Assembly (NCBI RefSeq): GCF_006345805.1
Contig: NC_043006.1
Coordinates: 17,112,001 to 17,176,000, forward strand
Length of the DNA stretch: 64,000 nt
Reading direction: 5' to 3'
DNA from: Octopus sinensis
Taxonomy: Eukaryota
Part shown: positions 63,691 to 64,000 of the stretch, piece after piece
Layout: each line of letters opens with the position of its first letter
Position numbering within the stretch: the first letter of the stretch is position 1
The notes under the pieces: model-generated
Told to the model about the DNA's origin: nothing
The model's input: the letters and a program-made list of their open reading frames with translations, nothing else
Databases searched by the model: none
Made by a program: the position numbers and the translations under genes

Positions 63691-63887
63691 CACTCGCTCA
63701 TAAACATACATTTACATTGGCATGAAATTGTGTATATGTAAAAAAAATTTCATCAGAATAATTAACGCAATTATCTCTTATAATTTTGTTTAGGAATGTC
63801 AGTAATGAAAGTGTATTGTTTCTGCTCTACTTATCTAATGTTAGTTTCCTCCTTTTTCTGTAAAAAAAAATACATATAAGGCGCATA

Positions 63888-64000
63888 TAAGTGGCTGTGT
63901 GGTAAGTAGCTTGCTAACCAACCACATGGTTCCGGGTTCAGTCCCACTGCGTGGCATCTTGGGCAAGTGTCTTCTGCTATAGCCCCGGGCCGACCAATGC
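63888..64000 (+). mobile_element. SINE family C head (runs off the window)
   Basis: Near-identical to the head of 63290-63690. Further C heads at about 425-565 (-), 12934-13095 (+), 46630-46915 (+) and 54235-54335 (-). Confidence 0.7.

Overview
Eukaryotic, AT-rich and repeat-saturated DNA, most likely from an octopus. That assignment is an inference from the extreme (TA)n/(TATG)n/(TATC)n/(CAT)n density and SINE/LINE families I recall from octopus assemblies; no search was run. Almost every ORF in the supplied track is a microsatellite translation or a transposon remnant. The only host-gene signal I can support is a CpG-retaining, apparently bidirectional promoter at about 30.5-30.8 kb (three ATTGG/CCAAT boxes, an E2F-type site, CHR-like hexamers). 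It has a plus-strand first coding exon (MEKIIYVEKKLKSLKSSLDLIGNAL|gtaagt, coiled-coil, weakly SKA1/SKA3-like) and a candidate minus-strand gene start (ATG|gt at 30491, 34-nt exon at 28741-28774). The rest looks like intron or intergenic DNA. It contains four tRNA-headed SINE families (my labels A-D), many RTE LINE 3' ends (label E), CR1, RTE-X and R4/Dong LINE fossils nested in one another, an internally deleted mariner carrying a MITE, a solo LTR, hAT and TTAA (piggyBac-type) MITEs, a Helitron-like element, several foldback elements and a 61-bp minisatellite. The most notable unexplained structure is a set of hammerhead-ribozyme motifs in Penelope-like repeat ends, one with a fully intact catalytic core (43596-43681, minus strand). 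I see no CRISPR, rRNA or genuine tRNA gene, and no complete protein-coding gene could be reconstructed. All alignments and counts were done by eye.
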